The notes under the pieces are model-generated. The model was given only the letters and a program-made list of their open reading frames with translations. It made no database searches and was not told the DNA's origin. A DNA stretch of 64,000 nucleotides from Octopus vulgaris (lineage: Eukaryota). Within the stretch, counting starts at the first letter, position 1; each line of letters starts with the position of its first letter. The stretch lies in contig OX597827.1 of NCBI GenBank assembly GCA_951406725.2, forward strand, positions 1,364,001 through 1,428,000, read 5' to 3'. The position numbers were made by a program, and so were the translations under genes. Below are positions 39,527-53,502 of this stretch, piece after piece.

Positions 39527-39886
39527 TCCCTCTCCTTAAGTCTACTCCTCTTTCTCTCTGTCTCTCTATATATTAATGTATCCACACACACACACACACA
39601 CACATATGTTTACTCCAATTTCAAAACCAGTGTTTTTTATGTTGTATATGCTAATGTCCTATCTTAACTGTTCAACAGATTAAAGAAAAAAATCCCATAG
39701 CAAACCAAATGAAAACAAGCATTGAAGTGGTTGATATAACTGATTATATCTCCAAAGAGCAGTGCTCCAGCATGGCTGCATTCCTATGGGTCAAATCAAT
39801 ACAAGAATACAAAAATACATACATACATACATACATATATATGTGTATATATATGTGTGTGTGTGTGTGCTTGAGAGTGAGTGTGT

Positions 39887-39919
<33 letters not shown>

Positions 39920-39981
39920 CCATGATAAATCGCTAGCCACTAAACCTTTTTTATTTTCTCTCTCTGTTCATTTCTGTATTC

Positions 39982-40017
39982 TTTTCTGTCGAAGAGCGTA
40001 GGCTCGAAATGTAAAAG
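39982..40017 (+). ncRNA. Hammerhead-like motif variant within a repeat spanning ~39935-40100
   Basis: tttt-CTGTCGA-A-GAGC-gtag-GCTC-GAAA-TG-TA-aaag. Confidence 0.45.
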
Positions 40018-40165
40018 ACTTTCTCACTTCCTGAGTATTAAACTAATACATCTGTTTGTTGTTCACACACCCATCTTCGTCTTTTGTAAATTCCCTCTAT
40101 ACATACACATACATATATACACATATGCATACACATGCATATATACACATATACATATTCATGTG

Positions 40166-40197
<32 letters not shown>

Positions 40198-40259
40198 CAT
40201 GTGTGTGTGTGTTCATGTGTGTGCATGTATAGACACTCTTTCGTGGTATACAGATTTTA

Positions 40260-40695
40260 TTATATTAAGAAAAAGGAGACAGTCAAAATTTTGGATAATT
40301 ACTTATTAAGGGCTTTCATCTTGTTTTCGAGATTCATTAGGAATGATATTTTTACCAAGAATTCATATCCCTTATAGCAGTGGTTCCCAAACATTTTAGA
40401 GTTGTGACCCACTATTTATCCCACCAGTTTATGATGACCCACTTAACTCTACTGAAGTATCTCGATAGACAGCAGTTAATCAAAGCTAATGCGTAATTTT
40501 ATAACTTCTTGCGACCCACTAAGATTCCGTTCACGACCCATCTGTGGGTCACAACTTTGGAAACCACTGCCTTACAGATATAAAGGACATTAATTTTCTG
40601 TAAAGATACCAATCCTAATGAATTTCTGAAACAAGTTGAAAGTACTAAATAAATAATTATCTAAAATTCTGTCTACTTTCTCTTTCTTAATATAT
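40260..40695. repeat. Old fold-back (~115-bp diverged arms) with a central MITE
   Basis: tatattaagaaa...gattcattagga... versus ...tcctaatgaatt...tttcttaatata. Confidence 0.7.
40378..40569. mobile_element. hAT-type MITE
   Basis: TIRs cagtggttcccaaa / tttggaaaccactg; 8-bp TSD ccttatag / ccttacag. Confidence 0.9.
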
Positions 40696-40739
40696 AATAT
40701 ATAATATATATATATATATATCTTTATTTATAAATATAT

Positions 40740-41130
40740 GAGTGACTGTGTGGTAAGTAGCTTGCTTACCAACCACATGGTTCCGGGTTCAGTCCCACTG
40801 CGTGGCACCTTGGGCAAGTGTCTTCTACTATGGCCTCGGGCCGACCAAAGCCTTGTGAGTGGATTTGGTAGACGGAAACTGAAAGAAGCCCATCGTATAT
40901 ATATGTATATATATATATATGTGTGTGTGTATGTTTGTGTGTCTGTGTTTGTCCCCCTAGCATTGTTTGACAAACGATGCTGGTGTGTTTATGTCCCCGT
41001 TACTTAGCGGTTCGGCAAAAGAGACCGATAGAATAAGTACTGGGCTTACAAAAGAATAAGTCCCGAGGTCGAGTTGCTCGATTAAAGGCGGTGCTCCAGC
41101 ATGGCTGCAGTCAAAATGACTGAAACAAGG
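40740..41130 (+). mobile_element. SINE family A, near full length
   Basis: Well-preserved copy. Confidence 0.9.
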
Positions 41131-41153
41131 AAAAAGAAAAAAAGAAAAGAAAA

Positions 41154-41191
<38 letters not shown>

Positions 41192-41833
41192 ATAAGAGAA
41201 AATATATATGAGAATAAAAGAATATATATGTATAAATGAGAATTAACAATAAACAAATAAATATGACAACGTATTTCTTTTGTTGGTATTTTCTTTGTAG
41301 TGCGAAAATGGTCAAGGAAGATGTTGGTGTGGAATCAGTTACATTTTTATGTATCTATTTATATATTTATATATTTATATAATCATTTACATATTTACAT
41401 ATTTATATATATATTTATTGTAATTTTTACTTTTCATTTCATTTTTTTCATTCCTAGTTTCACATTTGGCAATGAAAATCTTGCAATGTAGAAGAAGGAA
41501 AAAAAAAAAGGCAAAAGCATTGACAAGTAATTTCTTATGATTTAATGCTTTCTAAATGTATATATGTATATATGCATGTGTGCACACATATATATGTATG
41601 TGTGTATATATGTATGTATGTGTGTATACATATATGTGTGTGCATGTATGTGTGTACACAAACATACATATATGCAATCATACATGCATATATATATACT
41701 TACGCATGATACATTCATGTGAATGTATGTATATACATAATAAATGTATGTATGTACATACACACACACATATATAAATATATATATATATATATATGCA
41801 TACATTCACATCTATCTATCTATATATCCATCT

Positions 41834-41898
<65 letters not shown>

Positions 41899-42344
41899 CA
41901 TACATACAAACATACACAAATGCATACATACACACATGTATATATGTATGTATTATATATGTATGTATTATATATGTATATATATGTTATGTGTGTGTTC
42001 TAGAGCTGTTGTTAGTTTTGATACATTTAGAACTACTAAAATATGTAGTGAATAGCTCTGAAAAAATAAAAAAAAGTAATGACACAATAAAAATAAAAAT
42101 AAAATAGATGAAAAAATACAAAACCAAAGATCTATTTTGTTAAGGAAAACAAATGAGGGCAGTTGTTGGAAAATCGGTCAGTGTTGTTGTCTTGACAAAA
42201 TACATTTATTAAAACAGTGGTTTAGTCACTAACATAGGATGACTTGTAGAGAGGGAACTGTTAGCTGTCAGAATGCATGAGCTTTGTGTGTGTGTGTGTG
42301 TGTGTAAGTGTGTGTGTGTATGTGTGTGTGTGTGTATTCTTTTA

Positions 42345-42534
42345 TTCTGTTATTCATGTCAGTCATTTAGTCATGCCTTTAGACAAACAAATTGACCCCA
42401 GGACTTATTCTTTGTAAGCCTAGTACTTATTCTATCGCCCTCTCTTGCCGAACTGCTAAGTGACAGAGACATAAACACACCAGCATTGGTTGTCAAGCGA
42501 TGTTCGGAGGACAAACACAAGCACACAAACATAT

Positions 42535-42602
<68 letters not shown>

Positions 42603-42612
42603 TTTTATATAA

Positions 42613-42694
<82 letters not shown>

Positions 42695-42858
42695 GTCCGC
42701 CTTCTTTCAGTTTTTGTCTACCAAATCCATTCACAAGGCTTTGGTTGGCCTGAGGCTATAGTAGAAGACGCTTACCCACAGTGCCACACAGTGGAACTGA
42801 ACCCGGAACCGTGTGGTTGGTAAGCAAGCTGCTTACCACACAGCCACTCCTGTGCCTG
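42345..42858 (-). mobile_element. SINE family A
   Basis: Copy with expanded internal (CA)n/(TA)n. Confidence 0.88.
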
Positions 42859-42867
42859 TATATATAT

Positions 42868-43176
42868 AAATTCACAAACACAAATATGAACTGCAACAGC
42901 GGAAATTTAACTTACTGCATCAAATGCCCAAATTGTGAAGAACTATATGTAGGTCCGACAGGAAATGCACAATCAGAACATTCGCATGTGCACTGACAGC
43001 AAATTAGAGGTCCAGTTGACCATCAGAATATTTTGTGTATCCATCTAGCAACCTGTTGTTGGAAAATATTTGTAATATTTCCATTCTACAAAACACACAG
43101 TCCAAGTGAAATTGAGAGAAAAATTGGAGAAAAAAGCTTTATTAATAAATTCCAGCCCAAGCTAAATAAACAATAA
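42868..43176 (+). pseudogene. Penelope-like element GIY-YIG endonuclease relic
   Basis: NMNCNSGNLTYCIKCPNCEELYVGPTG...HVH*QQIR...FVIFPFYK...RKIGEKSFINKFQPKLN matches the CxSxNxIY-CxxC-YIGxT...RxxxExxFI..LN pattern. Confidence 0.85.
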
Positions 43177-43349
43177 TACTAATACTTAGAGGTACTATTT
43201 CTACTGCTACGATCACTACCACTAACAACAACAACAACAACAACACTAAAGGTGCTCAAGATGAGGAGAGCAGGAAGATACTAAGTCAAGAGAAAAGTCA
43301 GTAAAAATAATCTTATTTTTAGGTTTAAAGTTTTATTACCACAGCTACT

Positions 43350-43389
<40 letters not shown>

Positions 43390-43472
43390 CATACATATAT
43401 ATATACACACACATATATGTATATATGTATGTATATATATATATATATATGTATGTATATATATATATGTAC

Positions 43473-43507
<35 letters not shown>

Positions 43508-43511
43508 TATA

Positions 43512-43560
<49 letters not shown>

Positions 43561-43589
43561 TTTTCTCTCCTTGTTTACTGTCTCCCTCT

Positions 43590-43620
43590 CTGTAGAAGAG
43601 CATAGGCTCGAAATGATAAA
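43590..43620 (+). ncRNA. Hammerhead-like motif variant within a TA-flanked repeat spanning ~43560-43713
   Basis: CTGTAGA-A-GAGC-atag-GCTC-GAAA-TGAT; the downstream part recurs inverted at ~37998-38080. Confidence 0.4.
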
Positions 43621-43725
43621 GACTTTTTCTATTCCTGAGCGTTATACTCATACATCTGTTTGTTTTGTACACCACCCGTTTTCATCTTCTGTTTTTTTTT
43701 CATAAACTCTCCCTATATATATATG

Positions 43726-43855
<130 letters not shown>

Positions 43856-44189
43856 TACATACAAATTTTATGTTGTCAAGGAGTACGTTGTTGGTTATGG
43901 CCAGTCAGAAAGCTACTATTAGTTTCACATTTACTATTGCACTTTGCAATTGTTGACATGTGAGACCTGATGGCTGGAGGCGCATAATCACTTTACTAAT
44001 GGAGGTAAAAATAAAGTCTTTTTGAGTTTGTTCATGTAAAAATGAATAATAAAGAAAAGAATTAATAAAATTTAAATTCTTGGAGGGACAGAGCCACTTC
44101 TCTTTCCAACTATAACCAAAATAAGTCTCTTCATGTATGTTTTTCATTTGCTAGTCTGCAAATGGGTAAGACCACGTTTATAAAATAGA

Positions 44190-44490
44190 TTTTCCATCAG
44201 GAGGACACTGATTAAAAATTTCACATTTTGAATTCAAGAGGGCTCCTGGATTGCACCAGTTATATTTTTCTTTTTTTGGATCATTGTCCTTTTGGCCAAG
44301 CAAAGTTTACCCCATCGGCTTCCATTCAAGTATGGCCCAGGTTGTTCCAGCAGCATCCAGTTAATTCTGAATGTTACCTACTTTACTTTCAATTGCCATA
44401 TATAGCTCATGAATGTTGTAATATTGTGCCTCTCTGGGATCCTAAAGGGGTCCTGTGGTTATTCAGCCTTGTCTTAAAGAGGCCTCCTGT
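44190..44490 (-). pseudogene. Second PLE endonuclease C-terminal relic (different clade)
   Basis: HNITTFMSYIWQLKVK*VTFRINWMLLEQPGPYLNGSRWGKLCLAKRTMI...LLNSKCEIFNQC resembles TxLSxYIWxLK...IxWxIL...YxxGSxxCxLCLxEK...LLNxxxE...C. Confidence 0.75.
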
Positions 44491-44493
44491 CGC

Positions 44494-44538
<45 letters not shown>

Positions 44539-45364
44539 TAGCTTAAAAGTCTGCACAGTGTGGACTTGTAAGCTAGCTCCTGTGGAGGGCTAATTTGGCC
44601 TGCACCCCCAAACTAGATACAGCAATAATAATAAAGTGCTTATTTGATTCGTACAAATATGGTGTTACCCTACAATTATGGTTTTGCTTTGAATTTATTT
44701 TAAATAATAAAAATCTCACAATCATTTTACTTGCTAGAAATAGCAAACCAAAAGCTTTTAAATCAGATCTCCATGTTGGATGTTCAAGAAACAAATGAAG
44801 AGCAGATTTTCAATCCCTAGCACCTGCCGTATGAACACCAATAATTTTACCTCTTTGAAAGTCTGATAGATCAATCATTTCAATGAATTTTAATTACCTT
44901 TTTCTGAGGATATCTGAAAAGAAACAATAATTTTAGCAAAACATATTATGCAACACTAATAATAAATCAAAAAACATAAAAATGAACAAGTTTTTGATGG
45001 CTTTATAGATATTTCAAAATTATGATGCTATGATGCTAGGTGTTTCCATTATTTTGTCCAACCCCTGTACTTTATGGTGTGTATCTTAACATTTACTGTA
45101 CGTATTCTAATATGATTTTATATGCTTTTATTTTTATTTATTGTACAGTAACATGATTTTATGTGCTTTTAACGGTTTTCTAGTGATTTTATGATTCCAT
45201 TATTTGTGGGAGACAGACGTAAATTGAGTAAAGCAATTTAACTTGATTTTTATTTTTCCATATATTATTTTTGAAAACCGATGTATAATCAAGAATGACT
45301 TAAATCAAAACGACTTAAGTCGAGGTATTCCAGTATATGTATTTACACATAGGCTCACTTGTTC

Positions 45365-45700
45365 TTTTATTAGCTTCAGTCATTTGACTGCAACTATGCT
45401 GGAGTACCGCCTTGAAGGACTTTCTTAAGCCTAGTGTTTATTCTATCAGTCCCTTTTGCCAAACTGCTAATTTATGGAGACATAAACACACCAACACTGG
45501 TTGTTGAGTGGGTAGGGGAGAAACGTAGACACAAAGACACACACACACACATGATGGGCTTCTTTCAGTTTCTGTCTACCAAATCCATTCACAAGGCTTT
45601 GGTCAGCCCAAGTAGAAGACACTTGCTGAAGGTGCTACACAGAGGTACTGAGCCTGGAACCATGTGGTTGGGAAGCAAGCTTTCTATCACACAGCTGCAT
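45365..45700 (-). mobile_element. SINE family A
   Basis: Shared blocks. Confidence 0.8.
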
Positions 45701-45826
45701 GTGTGTGTGTGTGTGTGTGCATGTACACGTGATTTGTGAAGTACTTTCCTAAGGATGCCTTCACAGGTGAACTGAACATAAAACCACATGGTTGCAAGGC
45801 AAGTTTCTTAACATACAAACACACAT

Positions 45827-45857
<31 letters not shown>

Positions 45858-46226
45858 TTACTTGATTGCCTGAAACTCTAGCACCATTAATAACCACTTT
45901 TCTCACAACACAGAATAGAAATAATCTAAAAGATTGGAAGAATACCAGAATGTGATAGAACATTTCATCCATTCGTAGGTGTACAAATAGATGATAAAAA
46001 TCTACTGGAACCCAGGAAACAATGTGGTAATTTAATAAACTCCAAAAAATCTTGAAAGCCATCTTTGCTATAAAGCAATAAAAAAGGAAACCAAAAATAT
46101 TCCTTGCTTCCTGTGAACATTTTAATATTGTAGTATTCTGGTATTTGTAGTTTATGAAGAATTACCGAAACTTCTAAACTGTAATATTACTAGGAAATTG
46201 GTAGTAAATCATAGACAATACACAAA

Positions 46227-46269
<43 letters not shown>

Positions 46270-46271
<2 letters not shown>

Positions 46272-46437
46272 AGCACAGTCATGGCTGTGTAGCATAAAGC
46301 TTTCTTCTCAAACACATGGTTTCGGGTTCAGTCTCTCCATGTGGTACCTTGAGCAAGTGTCTTCTACTATAGCCTCGGGCTGACCAAAGCCTTGTGAGTC
46401 GATTTGGTAGACAGAAACTGAAAGAAGCTCATTGTTT

Positions 46438-46476
<39 letters not shown>

Positions 46477-46680
46477 TTGACCCCCCACCATTGCTTGACA
46501 ACCAAAGTTGGTGAGTTTATATCCCTGTAACTTAGTGGTTCAGCAAAACACACTGAGAGTGTAAGTTCTAGGCTTACAAAGAATATGTCCTAGGGTCAAT
46601 TTTTTCAACTGAAAACCCTTAAGAGCAGTGCTCCAGCTTGGCTATAGTCAAATACCTGAAACAAGTAAAAGAATAAAAGA
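46270..46680 (+). mobile_element. SINE family A
   Basis: Shared blocks. Confidence 0.85.
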
Positions 46681-46744
46681 ATATGTGTACTGTATACGCA
46701 CATACACGTACTATCATTTCACACACACACTTACACATACACAC

Positions 46745-46794
<50 letters not shown>

Positions 46795-46891
46795 ACACAG
46801 ATCTGCATACATGCACATACCCACACATACACCGCGTGTCTATGGTTGGCGATTTTCTTCCTCGGTCTTCCCTTCCTTTGGACTTTCCTCT

Positions 46892-46926
46892 ATTTCTGAA
46901 GAAGAGCAAGGCTCGAAACGTTAAAT
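46892..46926 (+). ncRNA. Minimal type I hammerhead ribozyme candidate (PLE-type)
   Basis: ATTT-CTGAAGA-A-GAGC-aag-GCTC-GAAA-CG-TT-AAAT: intact core, 4-bp stems I and II, palindromic stem III ACGT, GUU site. Confidence 0.65.
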
Positions 46927-47021
46927 TCTCTTTCCTTCCTTTCCTGAGCGTCTGATGATACAGTATTTGAACCACGTCCTCGCGTTATTGTTTTCTCTTG
47001 TTTCTTCTTCTTTGTTTCGGT

Positions 47022-47067
<46 letters not shown>

Positions 47068-47931
47068 TTTATAAATATGTATATACATATATATATACAT
47101 ACATATATACATACATACCTATAAAATAATGATGATGAAGATGGCACATAAAGTACCATATTATAATAGGTGTGTTGGTATCGAAGCATTGAAGAAGGAT
47201 GTGAAAGATTCTGAAGATGAGGAATTTGTGAAATGTGAACATCTTCATTAATTATGTATGTTGCCATACATAATAAATAACACCAATATATTTTTCGAAA
47301 TAAAAAAAAAATGAAGAAAAAAAGTCGGTCCTTTTCATGTCTGGTTCAGTTGCAGAGAGAGAAGTGAGGGTGAGGAAGTGCATGTAGGAAGAGAGCAGAA
47401 TTACCAGGCAACATGGGAAAAACGTGTGTGTGTGTGTATATGTATATGTATATGAGTGTATATATGTATATATACATATATATATATCTTTTATCTGCTT
47501 CTGTCTTGTACTTGCTTCAGTCATCTGACTGTGAATCAACCTCAGGACTTATTTTCTCAAGACTAGTACTTATTCTATCATTCTCTTTTGCCAAACTGCT
47601 AAGTTACAGGGACAGACATAAACACAGCAACAACAGTTGTTAAGCAGTAGAAGGGAACAAAGATAGATTAATTGAAAAACCAGTTGTTTTGACTTTCTTC
47701 CGTAAGAATTTATAATTGTTCTTTTGTATTCATTAAAGAATAGTTGTATGGATGTGGTCAACTTTTTTATATTGAAATTCTAGCTGTTTCTGAAAGAGTG
47801 ATTTTTGAGTTCACTATACACTCACACAGCAATTATATATACATAATATATGTATGTATATACATACACACACACACGCACACACACATATATATACATA
47901 TATACGTATATATAAATATCCACACACATAC

Positions 47932-47974
<43 letters not shown>

Positions 47975-48015
47975 GAAATAAGGTACTCAGAAAACCTAAT
48001 ATATATATATGTATA

Positions 48016-48065
<50 letters not shown>

Positions 48066-48770
48066 AACACACACTCACACTAAAAGACATTTATATATGT
48101 AATGTTCATATTTGTGCACATACACACATACGTAAGTACATATGATTTTTAAAAAATAATTAATTAATATAATTAATTAAAGAGTCATCCCTGTGGTTAA
48201 ATAAATTTGGAAAGTCATTTTAGCCACTACTCTTGACTTTTGTCCGAGTATTTGTCCTTTTGACTGCAAAATGGAATTTTACAAAAAAAAGCAATACACA
48301 ATGCTGTCACAATTATATTTCCAAATTCATCTGTTTCTTGTTGGCTGATTTGTTTTCAATATATTTTAAAGCTCAAACCTAGAATTTTCTAAAGGAGAAA
48401 GAGAGCCAAGAAGAGACAAAAGAGCTGTTCTTATAGAATTTCAGAATCTGGTGTGTTTTGCAAGGTCCAACAACAATGTGGTAAAATGGTTTTAGCAATG
48501 GTTTGAGATCATCTTTAACATATATACAGTCAAATTCATATAAAATCCTCATAGGTGGAATTTTGCACCCTCAAATTCTTTATATATAAAAAGACCAAGA
48601 AATCTAACTTTAAACCACTTTTTGATAAATCCGATAATGGAAGAAAGCACAAAAAAATGTAAATAAAATTTAAATAAAAAGATATATATAATCATCCAAC
48701 ATTCTGACTACCTTATTATTCTATATATATAAAGATATATAATAATATAAATTATATATATATATGTATG

Positions 48771-48811
<41 letters not shown>

Positions 48812-48812
<1 letters not shown>

Positions 48813-49270
48813 TATATGGGTACAGGACGTCACCAACAGTGTAAACAACATGAAGTACACAAAAACAAACGGGTTAATATGCAAATGAGGAAAAATAGAA
48901 AGCAGGACGAGTACACACAGAGAATGACACATTGTCAGTTGTCGGCCGTCTATCTAAGCCTCATTTTGAGCATTCAATAACAATATGAGTCTTCAAAGAC
49001 AGTTGCTCCTGTAAATTCCAAAATAAAATTTTGGATTTATGGAGGGTCAAAGTTGGGAACAAAAACAGGACAGTGGAGAAATGCAAGGAAACTGAATGAA
49101 AACAAACATAGAAAGTCGTTAGACCAGAATGAAAGGAAAATAGTGAACGCTGGGAGAAATATTTTCTTAGTAAAGAGAAAAGATAGAAGAGAGAGAAAGA
49201 AAACGTCCAGTCCTTAGAACGTCATGCAGGAAAAGAAAGATGGTCATGTGAGGAAATGATGGACAATGGG
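48812..49270. repeat. TA-associated interspersed repeat (atatatgggtacagga family)
   Basis: Homologous to the 26570 and 36985 copies. Confidence 0.7.
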
Positions 49271-49478
49271 CACATGTGAGCAATGAGAGAGAGAGTGAGA
49301 AAAAGAGAAAGAGGGAGATAGAGAGTGATAGACAGACAGACAGATACAAAATGGTGAAGGAGAGAAAAAGGAATTTGAGAAGGATGGGGGAAGAAAACAG
49401 GTTAGAGTCGCATCAAAAAGGTCAAGATAAACTTACCTGGAAATGGATGCGTGACATTCAATTAAATAATAATATAAA

Positions 49479-49514
<36 letters not shown>

Positions 49515-49524
49515 CATATATATA

Positions 49525-49571
<47 letters not shown>

Positions 49572-49852
49572 GTGGAGGCACAATGTGTGTGAGAGAGAGA
49601 GACAAAGAGAGAGTGAGTGAAGGTGTGTGTTTTGATGTATGAATTTTTCTGCCTGTATGTGTAAGTGGCACTCACTTGCTCTCTCACTCTCTCTCTCACA
49701 CATGCGCGCACACACACACACATCTTTCATACACACGTACATAGTGGAGGTAAAGTATATGCACACCACCCGTTTTCCACAAACCCTAAAAACCAGGAGT
49801 GTGTATTCTTTACCTTTGCCCATGAATACATATGCATACATCTTTTTTGTGC

Positions 49853-49902
<50 letters not shown>

Positions 49903-51246
49903 CTGTGTGTGTGTGTGTGTGACTGTATTTCCTCATAACATAGAAAAATGGATGTCTTTTAATACAATTTTTTTGGTTGTGCGATGTTGATACTGACAGT
50001 GATGAAGAAGCTTAAGAGAACTGTTAAAAATTATCTTGAAACTGGTTGGAAGGAGTGGAATAACATTTCTGTAATTATATTGAAAGAGCCGCTGAGGCTT
50101 GTTATAATAACCAGAATAACATTTTCTTTTCCAGATATATTTGTGAGTTTTGTGAGTGGTGTTCAATCAGCCAAATCTTCCTGTTGTTGTATTTCAAAGT
50201 GAATGTTGTTTGTTTAAAGTCCAGGCTGCAACTAAACTATCGATATTGGTGCATTTCACTGTTGGGCAGGAGAAAGTTACAAGCATAAACTAAAACACAC
50301 ACATACATTAACACACACCTATCTCTATCCCTGCCCCTGTGTGTATCAGTCATCACAAAAATGTATGTATGCTGACAGACACATACCCCATCACACATAT
50401 ATAGTTGTCAGTCATCGGCCTAACATAAGTAATGAACATGTGAACACATTCATATAGAAAATGTGATGCCATCAACATCGTGGTGGTGATATAAAATGTC
50501 ATTTATGAAAGGTGGTTAAAATAAAAAACGACTGTTAAATTTTTGTACTGTAAATATGTGAATAAAAATATAGTTTAGTTTGTAACCAAAAGCATACGGA
50601 ATCTTTCGATACCCCTTACATCAAAATTGGCAACTCAGTTTTGGAATGCATAATGAACATATGCACACACACACGCACAACCTCTCTTTTATAGATATAG
50701 ATAGATACACATTTAAAATGATTTCTACACACAGTTTTGTTTACCAATTATTGGATAATATGGAATGATGTTTAAAAACATCTGTTCAGAGTGTTGTGTT
50801 GTATTTATTAAAGGCAGAAGAATATGGTTTTACTGCCATCTTAACTGCACATCCACACTGGTAAATCACACAAGAGAAGCCAGAAATATACATAACACCA
50901 TTGCAGTTTGCTGATCAATGATAGAAGTGAAATGACATGCAAAGTCACTGAATACAAACCTGTATAAATTGAAAGATTAACTATAGGAGCATTTGAGAAG
51001 ATTTGGCTTAAAACATTGATAAAGAAATTGGCAAAGGGAGGTAATTTGAATCTATTCAGTAACATTAATACAATTAGAAATTGCAGTGGATAATGAGAAT
51101 TTGAGAAATAAAAAAAGAAAAAGCAATTAACACCAAATAAAATAAAAAACTAAATCCCCCAAGCTAAAATATCTAAAATAATAGGATTAATAATAATGAG
51201 GACAATTAGAATACTGAGAATAATAATGATAATAATGATAATAATG

Positions 51247-51307
<61 letters not shown>

Positions 51308-52113
51308 TAATAACAACAGCAAAATCAACAACAATGATAATACTGAGAATAATGTTGATAATAATAATAATAGTGATAATAACAATAATAACAGGCAAAA
51401 GAGATGCGTCAATTAGAAAACCTGATTTGGTATAAAGAAACAAAAGCGACGAAGAAACTCGTAACAATAAGCTTGTAGTGAAAAGAAATAGAAAAGTATT
51501 TGTAAGAAAAGAGCTGCCTAGATCCTATGTACCGATTCAGGATGCGTTCTCAAAGAAAGATTTCTTTATTTTCATTGAAAATCTAACTTACATTCAGTGT
51601 GTGACAACCGTTTTCACTTGATATGTATATGTATATATGTATATATATGCATATATGTATAAATGTATTTTTTACATATAAAACAAGGAGCAGACAAGAT
51701 GGCTACAAGATGAGGCAGAAAACAACAACAACAACAACAACAAAATGACAAATAAACATTTATTTCTTTTAGGTATAAGGGAATGGGTGGGAATCTGCTT
51801 TTAGTTGTATTTTTTTGTTGCTGAAAATGTTTTTATTGTTAGTTTTCTTTGTCGCATTTTGTTTTATTTCATTTTTTTTTCCCTTTATTCACTGACTGAT
51901 TTTTAAGAATGGTACAATTTAGAAACACACTTTCTTTCTTAACTTGCAGAAAAAAATGCTAGAAATGGTATTCTAAGGTCCTTGCTTTCTTTCTTTCTTT
52001 CTTTCGTTCTGCTTTCTTTTCCTTTTCTCTTGACAGATAACAACAAAACAACATCATCATTATCAGCAGCAGCAGCAGCAACAATTACAAATGTAATGAT
52101 GATGATGAAGATG

Positions 52114-52159
<46 letters not shown>

Positions 52160-52170
52160 TGATGATAATG

Positions 52171-52225
<55 letters not shown>

Positions 52226-52413
52226 TAGTGATGATGATGATGATTTTGAGAAAGGAAATAATGGCAAATAAAAATGAAACTGAAAGAGTGAAAGTAGAAA
52301 GAAAGATGGAAAGGAGGAGAAAACAAAGGCATTAGAGGAATCCAACTATTTTTCATTCTATTCTATTTTTCTTCACATACCAAGCAGTTTTTTTTAATGA
52401 TTTAAACATTCAT

Positions 52414-52466
<53 letters not shown>

Positions 52467-52467
52467 T

Positions 52468-52533
<66 letters not shown>

Positions 52534-52545
52534 TTATTACTATTT

Positions 52546-53100
52546 TTGAGTGAGAGAGCAGTGCATGCCATCAAAGTGACACTGGGGTAAAATATATGAA
52601 GCCCAATATACCCATCATGACTACCCGTCTGATAAGGGTACACCAGGCACATGTATCACACCATATGTGCTTGACATGGTGATCTTATATCAAGATAAAC
52701 AGCACATGACCTTGCAGGTGGGGGCCCAGTTAGAATTTTCTTCTGGTTGAGTAACCCATCCCACTCAAAAGGTCCCTGAATAAGGATTTTTAAGGATGTT
52801 GAACGAACCACCCATGTTTCCAAAGGTGTATTATCCAAACCCCAAAGAATCCCTCTCAACGCATGGCTATGATGCTCACCCACTACTTCTGCTCGTGATC
52901 AGAGATGCACATATTGTCAGTCACTAAGGGACATGCTCAACTGGTTCAGGTCAAACAACTGACAAGCAAATCTGAGGTATTGAGCAGAATATTTGCTGTA
53001 GCCCATCTTTTATACCAAGACAAAACAATGTACATGATAACACTTCCAATCAGTTAAGATCAGAAGTCACGAGAGCCACTGCCTGGCACTGCATCAGGGC
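52546..53100. mobile_element. ~560-bp non-coding repeat embedded in (TTA)n
   Basis: Colinear with 8478-9035. Confidence 0.88.
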
Positions 53101-53113
53101 ATTATTATTATTA

Positions 53114-53171
<58 letters not shown>

Positions 53172-53179
53172 TATTGTAA

Positions 53180-53375
53180 AGGCGTTAGTATGCCAGGCTA
53201 AATGCTTAGCAGCATTTCATCTGTCTTCATATTCTGAGTTCAAATTCCGCCGAGGTTGACTTTACCTGTCATCATTTTGGGGTCAATGAATTAAGTACCA
53301 GTTGTGTACTGGGGTCGATATAATCGACTGGTCCCCTCCCCCAAAATTGCCAACCCTGAGGCAAATTTTGAAACC
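53180..53375 (+). mobile_element. SINE family B
   Basis: ctgagttcaaattccgccgaggttgac. Confidence 0.8.
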
Positions 53376-53394
53376 ATTATTATTATTATTATTA

Positions 53395-53452
<58 letters not shown>

Positions 53453-53502
53453 CATCATTATCATCACCACCACCCCCCCCCCCATCATCATCATCATTGT
53501 TA

